From Asterias rubens (lineage: Eukaryota), in the NCBI RefSeq assembly GCF_902459465.1, contig NC_047083.1, positions 8,990,001-9,054,000 of the forward strand: a stretch of DNA of 64,000 nucleotides, read 5' to 3'. Below are positions 52,041 through 64,000 of the stretch, one piece after another. The notes beneath the pieces were generated by a model that was not told where the DNA came from, searched no databases, and was given only the letters and a program-made list of their open reading frames with translations. Every line of letters begins with the position of its first letter. Within the stretch, counting starts at the first letter, position 1. Both the position numbers and the translations under genes were made by a program.

Positions 52041-52940
52041 TGGTACTGGTATGAACTTTTTCGGCCGGATACTTAGCTCTGGAGGATTGGTACTGGTATG
52101 AACTTTATGATCAGTGAGCTTTCAGATGGAAACTTAGCTCTGGAGGATTGGTACTGGTATGAACTTTATAATCGGTGAGCTTTCAGATGGAAACTTGGCT
52201 CTGGAGGATTGGTACTGGTATGAACTGTTCAATCAGTGAGCTTTCAGATGGAAACTTAGCTCTGGAGGATTGGTACTGGTATGAACTTTATAATCAATGA
52301 GCTTTCAGATGGAAACTTAGCTCTGGAGGATTGGTACTGGTATGAACTTTATAATCAGTGAGCTTTCAGATGGAAACTTAGCTCTGGAGGATTGGTACTG
52401 GTATGAACTTTATAATCAGTGAGCTTTCAGATGAAAACTTAGCTCTGGAGGATTGGTACTGGTATGAACTTTATAATCAGTGAGCTTTCAGATGAAAACT
52501 TAGCTCTGGAGGATTGGTACTGGTATGAACTTTATAATCAGTGAGCTTTCAGATGGAAACTTCGCTCTGGAGAATTGGTACTGGTATGAACTTTAGAATC
52601 GGTGAGCTTTCAGATGGAAACTTAGCTCTGGAGAATTGGTACTGGTATGAACTTCAGTATCAGTGAGCTTTCAGATAGAAACTTAGCTCTGGAGAATTGG
52701 TACTGGTATGAACTTTATAATCGGTGAGCTTTCAGATGGAAACTTAGCTCTAGAGGATTGGTACTGGTATGAACTTTATAATCAGTGAGCTTTCAGATGG
52801 AAACTTAGCTCTGGAGGATTGGTACTGGTATGAACTCTATAATCAGTGAGCTTTCAGATGGAAACTTCGCTCTGGAGAATTGGTACTGGTATGAACTTTA
52901 GAATCGGTGAGCTTTCAGATGGAAACTTAGCTCTGGTGCT
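52041..52940. repeat. Minisatellite, 61-bp unit, about 14.5 copies
   Basis: gagctttcagatggaaacttagctctggaggattggtactggtatgaactttataatcagt, period 61 (52081, 52142, 52203 ... 52874); no unique spacers. Confidence 0.95.
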
Positions 52941-53756
52941 AGTATATGAACTTAAGAATTAATAAAGCTTCAGTTCGAATCTAACAATATGATTGAAGAA
53001 AAAAATGAACAAGCCGATTCCTTGTTGTATAACCTTTACCTTTATTATGATCATCAACTTAAATATTTCATAATGCGGTTAAAATAATGTGCTTAATAAA
53101 AATAGGAAGACACCATTTAAAATCTTTCCCCCAAATTTAAAAATTAAAATTGTCAACTCCTAAAACATACACTATGTTTCTGTTCTGCAGGGAGTTCAGT
53201 TAGGGTACTCTAGAGCACGTTATAATTCAAATACAAGGACTTAAAGAATGGTGTACTTTTTGTAGTAACTCTACAAGTTTGAGCATTAAAACATACTTGG
53301 GGTGCGTTTGTTTAGCTTCCCTGGGTCAGCCCCCAGTGCCCTGCTTGTGGAGTGGGTCACGTGGGGGCTGGCCCCGGGTACACGACGTCACTACGAGAGC
53401 GGTGAGTGGTCGTTCGTGTAGCTCTTGTCAGTGGCTCACCCGAGTTATTTTATAATAAAAAAAAACAAGTTATTTTGTAATTAAAAAACAGATGCCCGGT
53501 GCTTAAACAATGGCTCTTGGTGGTGCCATAAATAAAAACTTCCATTTTACTTTTTTCAACAAAGTGCCAGATTTCGAAATTATTATTTTGGCATGGGGGT
53601 CACATTTATGCTATTGAATGACAAAAGAAGAGGCTATTTCTTTAGCGATACAATGTGGTGTTTGCAGTTTTGCTTGGTGTGTGAAAAACAAGATATGAAT
53701 TAACAATAATTAATAAGCTTGAAGGTACAAATCTCTTTTGGAGGCAAAGTTGTTGT

Positions 53757-53803
53757 GGTTTTGACATTTCGAACAGTTTCCTCTGCTCATCTTCAGGAGA
53801 AAG
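53757..53803 (-). ncRNA. Penelope-type minimal hammerhead ribozyme motif, one arm of an inverted pair
   Basis: Minus strand: cuuucuc CUGAAGA U GAGCAG aggaaa CUGUUC GAAA U GUC aaaacc. Catalytic core, stem II and GUC triplet are intact; stem I is imperfect. Confidence 0.55.
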
Positions 53804-54082
53804 CCAGAATATTCTTTCTCCGGAAGTAAGCAGAGTATACTGTTTGAAATGTCAAAACCACATTTCAGAGCCAACACTCCTAAAAAAGGAGATTTTACAC
53901 AAAATGGTTCCCGCAAGTTTTTTTTAATAACTCCTTCCTATCTCGATTTTGCACTTACAAAAGGCTTAGCAAAAGATCAACATAAATACGCCCCAAAGTT
54001 TAGCTTTTTGGTACCATTAACCATTATTAATATGATAAAAAAAATATATTAATTTATTGAAGATGAATAATAATTTGGAGGG

Positions 54083-57000
54083 TTATGTGGTCCCATATCC
54101 CCACCAGGATGCGCCTTGTTTCTTCAGAACGCCTTCTTTCTGTAGAAAATAGAAATAAAACAGAAGACAAAATATTTGTCATTGATCTTTTATTACTCAT
54201 TGTGTTACTGTTTGATCAATGACAATGTTTTTGAATAAGATATATACTATGCCAGCCTGCAATATGATCGTGTCATAAATACCACAGTTCACAGTCAACC
54301 CTCCTACTGTCTGACCATTCAATATAATCATCTGTGGTTTTAAAGGATATACCCTATGCCAGCCTACAATATAATCTTGTGCTATGATTACCACAGTACA
54401 CATGTTTGTGTTTTGTTGTACAAAAAGTATCCAAACCCTTCAAAAAAGTAGAACAAACATACGTAATTTTCTGAAAAAATTGTGGTTTTAAAATGTAGAA
54501 AACCTTTACCTCTCTTCGTGTAAACTGCAAGATGGTTGATATAGCACTGAACATCTGTTGTCTTTTCGAGTGGCTCTCTGTCTGTAGGTAACACAGTACC
54601 ACGTTCTTCAAGTATTCCAAGTTTGTGCCTTCCCTAGACCTGCAGTAGATGCAATCAAAATATGCAAACAATAATGGTTATTCGAAGGAATACTTGTAAA
54701 GCATATGAAGTAAAAACTGAATGGGTAAACGGCTTACAGTGATTAAAAGTTCTGACTTGCATATCCAGCGCCCCCCCCCCCCCCCCCATTCCCGATGGAG
54801 TACTACGATTACATTTGGGCCAAGCTTCTTCATGTATATAAAGAAAACAAGTTCTCCCCCCCCGGGGAAAAAAAAATTAGGATAATAATACCTGTTCCTT
54901 TTCCATCTTTCTGCCTCGTCCCTCAACTCGTCCAACTGCTCCTCGTGGAGCTGCACAGCCATTGCGTGTTTCTCCTGCAGCTGCCGTAGAGCGCCCTCTA
55001 CCTGCTGTTTCTGTTTCTTTATTGTAGAGAGCTCAACCTCGCGTCGGGCGCGCTCCTCGGCAAAGTGGAGCAAGGATGGGTTATTACTCTGAACCTGTAG
55101 GCAATGACATATTTCAGATTAATTTCACATTTTTTTTACTCTACCCTGAAATAAGAACATCAAAGAAAAATTGCATTCAAAATTCTTTATAACAGGGATG
55201 TGATAGCGATTTGATAGAATAAACTTCAAGAAAAAATTGGCCTTAACACGTTGTCCATGAAAGAACCGATGGTGTAAGTTCTCAACATTTCGATTGTTAT
55301 GCTCGAGTGTCTTCAGGAGAAAGAGTGCACTTTCAGTGATTGAAGTTGAATTTCTTTTAAAAAAATGTTTTACCATGGACACCTGGAGTTGTGAGACTGT
55401 TTCTGCTGCTTCGGACCTGGGCCTGTCTTCATCGTCTGTGAAGACGTCACTAGAAGTCTGTCGGGACAAACTGTAGTCACTAAAAATAATATATATATAT
55501 ATAAACGATATTAAAAATCTTCTTTTATTTCGAGTGGTGTCCTCGGTCAATGATAATAGCAATGACCTGCAAACTGCCCTCCTCCTGTGCAGGTTTTAGC
55601 ACTAACTGACTAAGCTTGGGAAACCCGAGATAGAGATCTGTGTTTGACAGTGATTGACCACCCTTGAGTTTATGCTTGTCTGGCTCCCAGACCCCCATTG
55701 GGAATGCATATACCTTTCCATGGTAGTCCCACCAAATCGGTTGTTGAGTTGTTGTCGTAGCAAGTCAATCTCTTGCGCTTTCTCAGCCAGTAGCGCCATC
55801 GTTCGGTCTCGTTGCCGATGGATCTGCTGCTCCATATCGGCTGCTCTGTGCTAAAGTCGCAAAAACAAATACCAGAAAAACAATACCAGGTTACTATGGT
55901 AACAAATTGTAATCTTCTGGGTTTCAATTTTTTTCATGGAAAAATGCCAGTTTTGCCGCAAGTGAAAATCTGGAGCAAAATTGTGACAATGAAGAGCACA
56001 AGAAAATTTGTATCTTTCGGTTTAATACAAAAAAATGTCATGCAACAATTTGTTTTCTTTCTGAAAACTAAGACATACATTTGTGGATTTGGATGTAAAT
56101 ACACAAGTGATCGAGGTCCATTCCTTTTTTGTTGGGTTGGGGGGGGGAGGGGAGGAGAATGCCTTTTGACTAATATTTGAAAATGTAATCAGAACATCAT
56201 GTGACACGGTTTACAGGTTGGTTTAAACAGTGGCAAAAAAGGAAATTTGAAAACAGAACTTCTTTGGATTTCTAAGCGTCACAGTCGCAGTAATATTGAC
56301 TTATCGATTAATGAATTACCTTATACTCTGATTCTGCTTGACTTAAGGCTGTGCGATGTTGCTCCTTCAATTTGAAAATCTTGTCCTCGTAATTTGTCAC
56401 CTAAAGAAAAGAGAAAAAAACAAAGCTTTAGTTTACTCGATACTTGAAAATGGTTGAACAGCTGTTTTTGGAGGAGTGAATTTGGAAGTAACCTTTTTTT
56501 TGGGGGGGGGAATGCAATGTTTTGGCAATTACAAATCCTTGTTTCAGTAAGTGCTATTTTAGAACATTTACCGTTTGTTTGTGGTTGGCCTCTTCGTCGT
56601 CGAGTTGTTGTCGTAAAATTGAGATGCGTTCCCTCATTTCACTGACTTGGTTCTGCAAGGCCTCAATCTCCTTGTTACTGGATGTATCCTACCAAAAAAA
56701 CATGTGGTTTTAGTATACTACACACCCTCTCTTCCTTAAAGCCATTGGACACTTACAGTAAACAGTATTATCCAAGGCCCACACTTCGTGTATCACAACT
56801 TATATATAAAATAACAAACCTGTGGAAATTTAGGCTCAATCGGACATCGGAGTCGGGAGAAAATAACAGGAAAACCCACCCTTGTTTTCGCACGTTTCGC
56901 CACGTCATGACATGTGTTTAAATCCGTAATTCTCGTAGTCGAGAATTGATAATTGTTTTAATGTTTTCTCAAAAAGTAAAGCATTTATTATTATTATTAT

Positions 57001-60000
57001 TATTATTTATTCGGCCAAGATTTCAACAAACAGTACAAGATACAATATTGAAATATAAATAAAGAAATATAACAGTATAAGAAACAATGAATGTAAACTT
57101 ATGACATCTAGAACAATATTCATGGAATAATATTTCAAGAGAAGTATTTTACCATTACCTTCTGTAAACCTTATAAGTTATTTGTAAATCTGTGAACTTT
57201 TTTTTTTTTTCTGTTCCGAAAGTGTATAATGGCTTTAAAACATAGGCCACTTTAGTCAAATGCACTCATACCACGCTCTTCCTAACCATTATGAATTACT
57301 TTAGAGCATAGAGTCAAATTGATACTTGCTCACAGTTGAAATAAATACTAGTGCCATTTAACCCATACAACAATACCTAAAAGCACACAGGGAACAAAAC
57401 CAACCTTGACTGTTTTATTCTTCAAGACGCCCTGTGCTCTAAGTTTGTATCTCTCAAACTCATCCTTCAACTGTTTCAACTCTTGCTGGCAAGACCTATG
57501 ATTAGGGTGGCCCTCTAGACTTGCATGGTCTTCAATGTTACACAAATCTATGGAGAGTAATGAAAAAGAAGATTAGGTAACAGACTAAAGAAAGAGGTTA
57601 GAATAAAAACATTCCTTTCATCTGACAACTAACACCTGTCATCTCTATGTAATTCCTTTTGCGAACAGTTGTCCTATTTGGATTATGCAAAGACAAGTAT
57701 AGGCACTGTTTGACCTGCCCCAGGCAGATTTTACCCTTCATCTATAAAGTTTAATGACCCAAGTAATTTAATGTAAACACACCAACTGGTGAAGGGATGT
57801 GTAGTTTCTGAGTTTTTGTGGTGAAACTTGAACGGCGTTTTCCCGTACTGAACAAAAACCATCAGAATGCAGCAGTGATGATTTTTCTTAGACGGATCTG
57901 AATTTGTTGGCTATAGCTATTGCTACAACTCATGCTGAAGGATGTCCCATACACCAATCCTGGAACGCAAGGGTTGGGCACCGTGTGCCACTGCTGCTGT
58001 GTACCTGTGCCTATTTTTGTGCACAAAGACATGAGATAATTGGTGTATACTTCAGCACGTAATGACGGGGCGATCAAGCCATGGGGCCTTACCATCTATG
58101 TCGACAGGTTTTTCTGACTTCTGACTGGCCAGCTTCAGAAGTCCTTTCAAGTTAAGGATTTTCTCCGTCAGTTCGGACACCGTTGCGTCTGGGTTGATAA
58201 TCTCTTCTGGTTGATTGCTCTGAAATTTGTTGACCGCTTTGGCGAGGGCCGTGTTTTCAAGATCAAGTTGGACGATGCGCTCTTTTAATCGTCTGCAAGC
58301 CAAAATAATAAAGCGTAAGAAATACAAATATATGAGGAGTTGATTTAGCTTGGTGCTCTATTTATTTGGCAGCACAGGTTGAATAATTCCAAGGGAGCTG
58401 AGATGGGTTTAAAAGGAATGAAATAAAATGGCCTAGTGACCAGGATAATAATGATGAAGTGCTGTGTGAGCGTCTGTGAGTTACGGACCTGAGCGCTATA
58501 TAAGAAGCCACTATTATTACTGTTATTATTATTAAAACCCACATACTGTATAGCTTGCAGATCTTGTTGTTTAACTCGATCATAACTTCCGACAACCTCC
58601 GACAACTCAGCGAGTTTACTCTCCAGGGTAGCGACTCTCTCCTCTTCAGCTTCCCTGAGCTGCTTTAAGATCTCTCTCGACTCCTTCGCCTTAAGCTGCT
58701 CCGCCTCCACTTGTATCCGATGCTGTGCCTACATAATAATAAGAAGACGAATACCAGGATCTCTTTAGCGCCATTCCATCTACAATCCCGGCCCAAAATT
58801 CTTAGGCCACCCTTTCCTGACGTTATATACAGCAGGGGGCCCAACGAGATATGGCCAGGATTGTAGATCATGGCGCTCAGCAACAAACAATGTAAAACAA
58901 ATACATTTAGAGAGCAGGTGGAAACAGGCGAGTTTTGAAGTTGTTTTTGAATGACCAAACAGTGTCCATTGATCTGATATGAGATGGTATATTGTTCCAC
59001 AGTTTCGGGCCAGCAGTTGTGGAGTCTTTGTTCGTGTTAGTGTTCTTGGACCTTTAGTCTGACGGCAGTGTACCATCTTAGCAGGGTCGAAGACGGGATC
59101 GACCAGATGCATGGAACTGGATTACAGCGATCAGCGATCACGGTTTCCAAATCCGAAGTTATATTCAGAGTTTCAAATCATACTCCTGTACAGGGTTTGT
59201 TTCAATTTCTACTTATCTACAATCTCGGCCAAAATGCGTGGGCCAACCATTCGCAACGTTACCATAATAATTTCCTGTCCGTTGGAGCGCATAAGACCGC
59301 GCAATGAGAGCCAACATTGAAAGGGGGTACAGGGGCCACGTAAGGCCGGGAACGTACGTACCTTCATCTCCGCCATTTCCTTCTGGAGTTGTAGGAGAAG
59401 TGGGGAGGGTCGTGAAGCTTTCTCTTCGGCCGTTCTCAACTGCGTTTTGAAGATCTCAAGATCTTTAGTCAAACGCTTCACATGTTCTTCATACGCTGCA
59501 GACCTTCACATAAAAAAGGGAGCAGAAAAAAAACATAATTGAAATGAGTTGGTATTAACTTATCATGGAACAAGATCAATTATACAGTGCACATCATCCC
59601 AGTTACAATGCTAGTGAATACATTGGAAAGTAGAATAAGACTGTCTTACTTGTCCGGCTGTGATTGCGCAATCGCTAACCCATCTTCCATGTCACTCAAC
59701 TGCAAGAATACAAAAATTGAAATAAATAAACAACAACAAAATTTAACAATATTGCTTTTGGCAAATCTAGTTGTCAAACAAAAAATGAAACACTATAGAC
59801 CAGAATTGTGTAAACTACCTGGTCGTTTTGTCTAAATTACATCTCTCCCTTCACCACCAGGTATTACAGGATCTGTCTGTTTGTCTGTCTAATGTTTGTA
59901 TTTGTTTGTTTGTCTGTCTAATGTATTTATCTGTTTGTCTGTCCAGTGTATTTATCTGTCTGTTTTTCTGTCTAATGTTTGCATCTGTCCCACCTTGATC

Positions 60001-63000
60001 TCCACTAGCTCTTTATTGGATCTTGTTGAGTCAACAGTGTTTGCAGCTGTCCCCTCGTCACCTGGTTTGTTTGTCTACGATCTCATCTGGCTGTCTGTCA
60101 GTCTGTCTGTCTAATGTTTCTTTTTAAGAGCTCTTTATCACTCCTCTCTCGAGTCAACAGAGCTAGTAAATATCTGATCATCACCTAGTCTGTTTGTCAA
60201 CCTAATGACTTGTCAGTCTGTCTGTCTAATGTATGTATCTGTCTGTTTGTTTGTCTGTCTAATGTAGGTATCTGTCCCACCTTGTTCTCCAATAGTTCTT
60301 TATCACTTCTCCCTCCCTTCAACACCTGGTCTGTTTGTTTATCATGCTAATGACCTGTCTGTTTGTCTATTAATCTAACAACCTGTCTGCTTGTCTGTCT
60401 AATATATTTACCTTGTTCTCCAATAGCTCTTTATCACTCCTCTCTCGAGTCAACAGCGTTTGTAACTCTCTGATCATCACGGCATGGTTGACTTGTTCAG
60501 CTTCTCGTTCTTGCTGTTGAAGCCTCAACTTGTTCCGAGACTGCAAGTACAAAAACAAAATCGTTTTAAGTCTCTGTTTAAAACTCATTTGTTTGAAGCT
60601 GCTTACTTGTTATCTATCTTTCATTCTCTGTATATTTTATTGATCTCTTTATGCGCTTAGAGGCATAGTGCTTTACAAATGTCGCTATATTGTAATATTT
60701 TATGGGAAACATTTTGTCTTGACTTGACTTGCTGCCTTGTTTCAGTGTTGCCTTTCAGACTGTTCATGTCTTACCTCGTTGATTTGCTCCTGAAGTCTGG
60801 TTTTGGTTTCTTCAAATTGCTCCCTTCCTTCTTGTTGACTTCGTAAAGACTCTTCATATTCTTGCTGCAGACCAAGAAAATTGTCAGCAAATAAATAAAT
60901 TTGACTTGAGTGGGATTATTTGACAATTAATTTCTACAAATAGGTCAACAGATTCAGTCAATAAATTCAGAAGTCAATAAAACTTTTAATCCATAAATCA
61001 GTAAACTAAGAAATCTTGAAGTAAAACAAACCCAATAAATCTTTCAATCAATAGATCAAAGAACAATCAATCCTAAACAAAAAAATCAATAAACCATTCA
61101 CTAAAAAAAAAAAATCAACGATAAATAATCAACCTAAATAAATTTGTGAATAACCAATAGTCAATCAACCATAAATAAGTCAATAAATATTTAAATCAAG
61201 TAACTAATCAACAATAATTTTGTCAATAAAAACATAAAATAAAACAATAAATCTTCAAAACAGTATTCCTACCCTAAGCTTCTTCTTGTCTGCTTGGAAG
61301 CTTGCCTCCATCTTGGATTTCTGTCCGGTAACCGTTGCTAGGGCAGTTGTGAGCGTGCTCAGTTGGTCCTTAAGCTGCTGGTAGTTGACGTGATCTTCTT
61401 TCTCCATTGATTCCGTATCTGAGCCATCTTTACCCTAAAAATTGTAAAAAGAAAAAAACAAATACTCACAAGAAATTTCTCAAAAATGAAGCACAGATTG
61501 AAGCATCTTCACAGCACATGGTCAACCCTCCTACTGTCTGACCGATTAACACCGCGCTACTTTCCCAACTTTTTCTGAAGCATCTATGGTCAAGTGCCTT
61601 GCTCAAGTGCACAAGTCTCATGACTGGGATTCAAACCCACACGCTAGAGCTTGGGTCTAATGAACTGCAATGCCTCAACTCCCATAACCTGTTTCTGTTA
61701 AACATTACTATTATGTGCTTAGCAATTTTTTGTGCTTATAGGAAAATTGAGCCCTGCGGTTGATTTTACTAAACACAGGATTTATCCTATCTTGAGTTAG
61801 GTACTGAGTTCATTGCGCATCCTTTTGTCTGTGGATACAGAACTAAGATAGGAAGAGTTTGGTAAAATCGACGGTTGGACTGTTGGCCATGATACGCCGC
61901 CACAATGTTTAAATGCAAGGTCTCTACACGTACCTCATCTTTGGTACCTTTCGGTTCACCACCTCCCTCTTCCTTCTTCCCTTCTTCTCCATCATTCTTC
62001 TGCCCCTTGGGCTTGGATCCTTGGGATGCGCCTCCCAACCTCTGAGGGGGTGCATTACTCAAGGCTTGGACGCTGGCCTCCAGAGCTTCCTTCTCTTTGC
62101 TCAAGCTTTTGTAGGCCTGGACGACATCTTGAGTGCAAGGAAAAAGAAGACGAATTACCATCTTGAAGAAAAGAACACTTGATCAGGTTTGAATGAAAGA
62201 CGATCAGGTTTTAATGAAAGACTAAGTACAAAAGGTTATCAGCAAGGAGAAAAAAATCGCAAGGAGAAAAAAATTGTTAAGTTCAGTCTCAAAGCTCATT
62301 GATTATATAAAGTTTATACTACAACCAATCCCACAGAGAAATGCAAAAAAATACTGTCAAAATCATTAAATCGCAATGGCATAATTTGGCTGCAGCAATT
62401 TAATTGACAAGCAAAAAGTCAATTCATACTTCTCTGTTGGAGAAGTGAGAGTTTTGGAGTTGCTACACTATGTTTAAATTAAAGTGTCGAAGGTTGTGAA
62501 CAACTACAGTTTGCTCTCGTTATAAAGTGCATTGTTAAGAAAAGATGCTGATAACAAAGAGTACATTCCAAAATCCTAAATCTCTCTGCTTTGAGTATCT
62601 TTGTTTTGCTGTCCTTTTTTTTTTTTTTTTTTTAACAAATTCTTATATAGCGCATTTCACAATAAACCGTATCAATGCGCTTTACATCAGTCCCCTGGTC
62701 ATTGGGCCAATAACATCCCTTTAATCTTTCTCAGCTCCCATTAAGGAGTATATAGCCCCGAGCTGCCGCGGCGCTCCAAAAGCTTTTTCATTCACAATAT
62801 CAACCTCTACCCTCGCAGGTAGTGTTTTATGTTCCTGTTTAACAACGCTCCTGTTATACAGAGGTTCTTCTTATAAATAATTACAAGAGTACATTCTGAA
62901 GTACCAAGTCTAATTTCTGCTCTGTGTTTCTTAGTTTTGCTGTCTTCTTATTTATTTGACCAATTTCATAGAGCTGCTAAGCACACAAATTTGCTTAGCA

Positions 63001-63338
63001 TGAAATTTCTTCCTTGATAAAAACAGGATTACCAACCAAATATCCACGTGATTTTCAGGATTTAAGCAAACAACAGCTGAATACCATTAACATGGAAAAT
63101 GCAACAAATTGAAATTTGGTTGGTAATCCTGTTTGTTTCACGGAAGAAATTTCATGCTTAGCAGTTTTGTGTGCTTAGCAGCTCTATGAAATTGGGCCCT
63201 TGTTTTAACAAGAGTTGTCTATGTATTCGGTTGTTTCTCATTGCCTAACCAACCTCTAAGTCTGCCTTCGTATCGACCCAGTTGATCTTTCTGCTTCTCT
63301 ATCGTTTCTAACAAATCTTTCCGAGTTCCTCTGTCCAT
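54083..63338 (-). CDS. GCC1: GRIP and coiled-coil domain-containing protein 1 (golgin GCC88); 17 coding exons, 732 aa
   Basis: Exons (minus) 63254-63338, 61934-62127, 61273-61434, 60775-60864, 60412-60540, 59650-59699, 59362-59503, 58547-58728, 58093-58292, 57405-57547, 56572-56688, 56320-56400, 55714-55850, 55374-55470, 54892-55094, 54510-54639, 54083-54139; total 2199 nt in phase. Motifs: KDLLETIEKQK...RLRDVVQAYKSLSKEKEALEAS, QLSTLTTALATVTGQKSKMEASFQADKK, EFERYKLRA, GRIP domain SREGTNLEYLKNVVLCYL...ISTILQF, terminal ASWW. Confidence 0.94.
56740..57234. mobile_element. MITE family B with an internal insertion of about 130 bp carrying a (TTA)n tail
   Basis: Same termini as 38622-38969; extra segment about 56985-57118 begins with ttattattattatt. 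Confidence 0.8.
58830..59120 (-). mobile_element. 3' fragment of an L2/CR1-clade LINE in a GCC1 intron
   Basis: A minus frame reads TAGPKLWNNIPSHIRSMDTVWSFKNNFKTRLF, the typical L2/CR1 RT C-terminal motif. A + strand tail FKSLFKTHLFEAAY lies at about 60567-60695. Confidence 0.75.
62635..62821 (-). mobile_element. 3' half of the same SINE family
   Basis: Reverse complement matches acctgcgagggtagaggttgatattgtg...ggagctgaga...aaagcgc...gcgctatataagaa, followed by a poly(A)-like tail. Confidence 0.7.
62960..63200. mobile_element. MITE family C
   Basis: ccaatttcatagagctgctaagcacacaaa ... tgtgtgcttagcagctctatgaaattgggccc. Confidence 0.8.
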
Positions 63339-63612
63339 CCTTTGAATCTTTTATCGAAATTTACCTGAAAAAAAAAAGATAATTAGGTTACAGAATTTTC
63401 ATTTTCTAGAATATGAATTGGTTGTTCCCAACATTTGTACCAATTAAACAGTAGATAGAGCTGCTAAGCAGAACACAGCAGCTAAAGCCGCTTGTAACAA
63501 CAACAAATAATTATATTTAGCTTACCACACCAGCCAAGCATTGTTCTGTTGTGACTAGTATCATTTCCATTTTCGCTCAGCATAAAATTTTCAAGCAATA
63601 TTTTCTGCTTAA

Positions 63613-63873
63613 AGCCAGTGGACTCTTTCGGAACAGAAAAAAAAAAAGTTCACCGATTTACAAATAACTTACAGGGTTTACAGATGGTGAAAGACTTCTG
63701 TAAAAAAAAATTTTATTCCATGAAAACTTCATGGAATAATATTTCGTTGAAATGCTTTACTTTTTGAGAAAATAGTAGAACAATATCAATTCACAATATT
63801 TTATATGTAAGTTGTGATACACAAAGTGTGGGCCTTGGGAAATACTGTTTAACGAAAGTGTAAAAAATGGCTT
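63613..63873. mobile_element. MITE family B, opposite orientation
   Basis: ttaa|agccagtggactctttcgg ... cgaaagtgtaaaaaatggct. Confidence 0.7.
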
Positions 63874-64000
63874 GAGGATATCTCATTGAGGTAAATTAGA
63901 TACTATGTTATTTCATATCAAAAGAAAAAGTGGTGGCGCCATACGGAAACTTTTCCATTCTAATTGACACTATTCAGCTATTTAGCTTTTTTTAACCCAG

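Noticed and set aside
52041-52940. CRISPR-like array of hairpin repeats
   Set aside because: The units abut directly with no unique spacers, there are no cas genes, and the context is eukaryotic; it is a minisatellite.
58780-59320. ORFs of 110, 79 and 69 aa in a GCC1 intron as a nested gene
   Set aside because: Explained by a frameshifted L2/CR1 LINE 3' fragment.

Overview
AT-rich, intron-rich animal genomic DNA, not prokaryotic. Gene content and repeat style suggest an invertebrate deuterostome, probably an echinoderm (inference). Six multi-exon genes were reconstructed by hand from GT-AG junctions with consistent reading phase: the 3' part of TYMS (+), AMBRA1 (-, 1451 aa), a complete KRAB-SSXRD-PR/SET-zinc-finger PRDM9 (+, 808 aa), ATG13 (+, 475 aa), FERRY3/C12orf4 (-, 557 aa) head-to-head with RAD51AP1 (+, 403 aa), and GCC1/GCC88 (-, 732 aa). 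Introns carry many TTAA-flanked Kolobok-like MITEs, palindromic MITEs, tRNA-derived SINEs, RTE and L2/CR1 LINE tails, and minisatellites. Most notable is a full-length invertebrate PRDM9 with all three catalytic tyrosines and a homogenised 84-bp zinc-finger minisatellite that varies almost only in the recognition helix; it lies between AMBRA1 and ATG13. ATG13 has two partial exon duplications with their splice acceptors: a frameshifting decoy and a possible MITE-exonised alternative last exon lacking the ULK1-binding motif. Penelope-type minimal hammerhead ribozyme motifs lie downstream of the ATG13 and GCC1 stop codons. Protein identities rest on remembered similarity to human orthologues; no database search was run.
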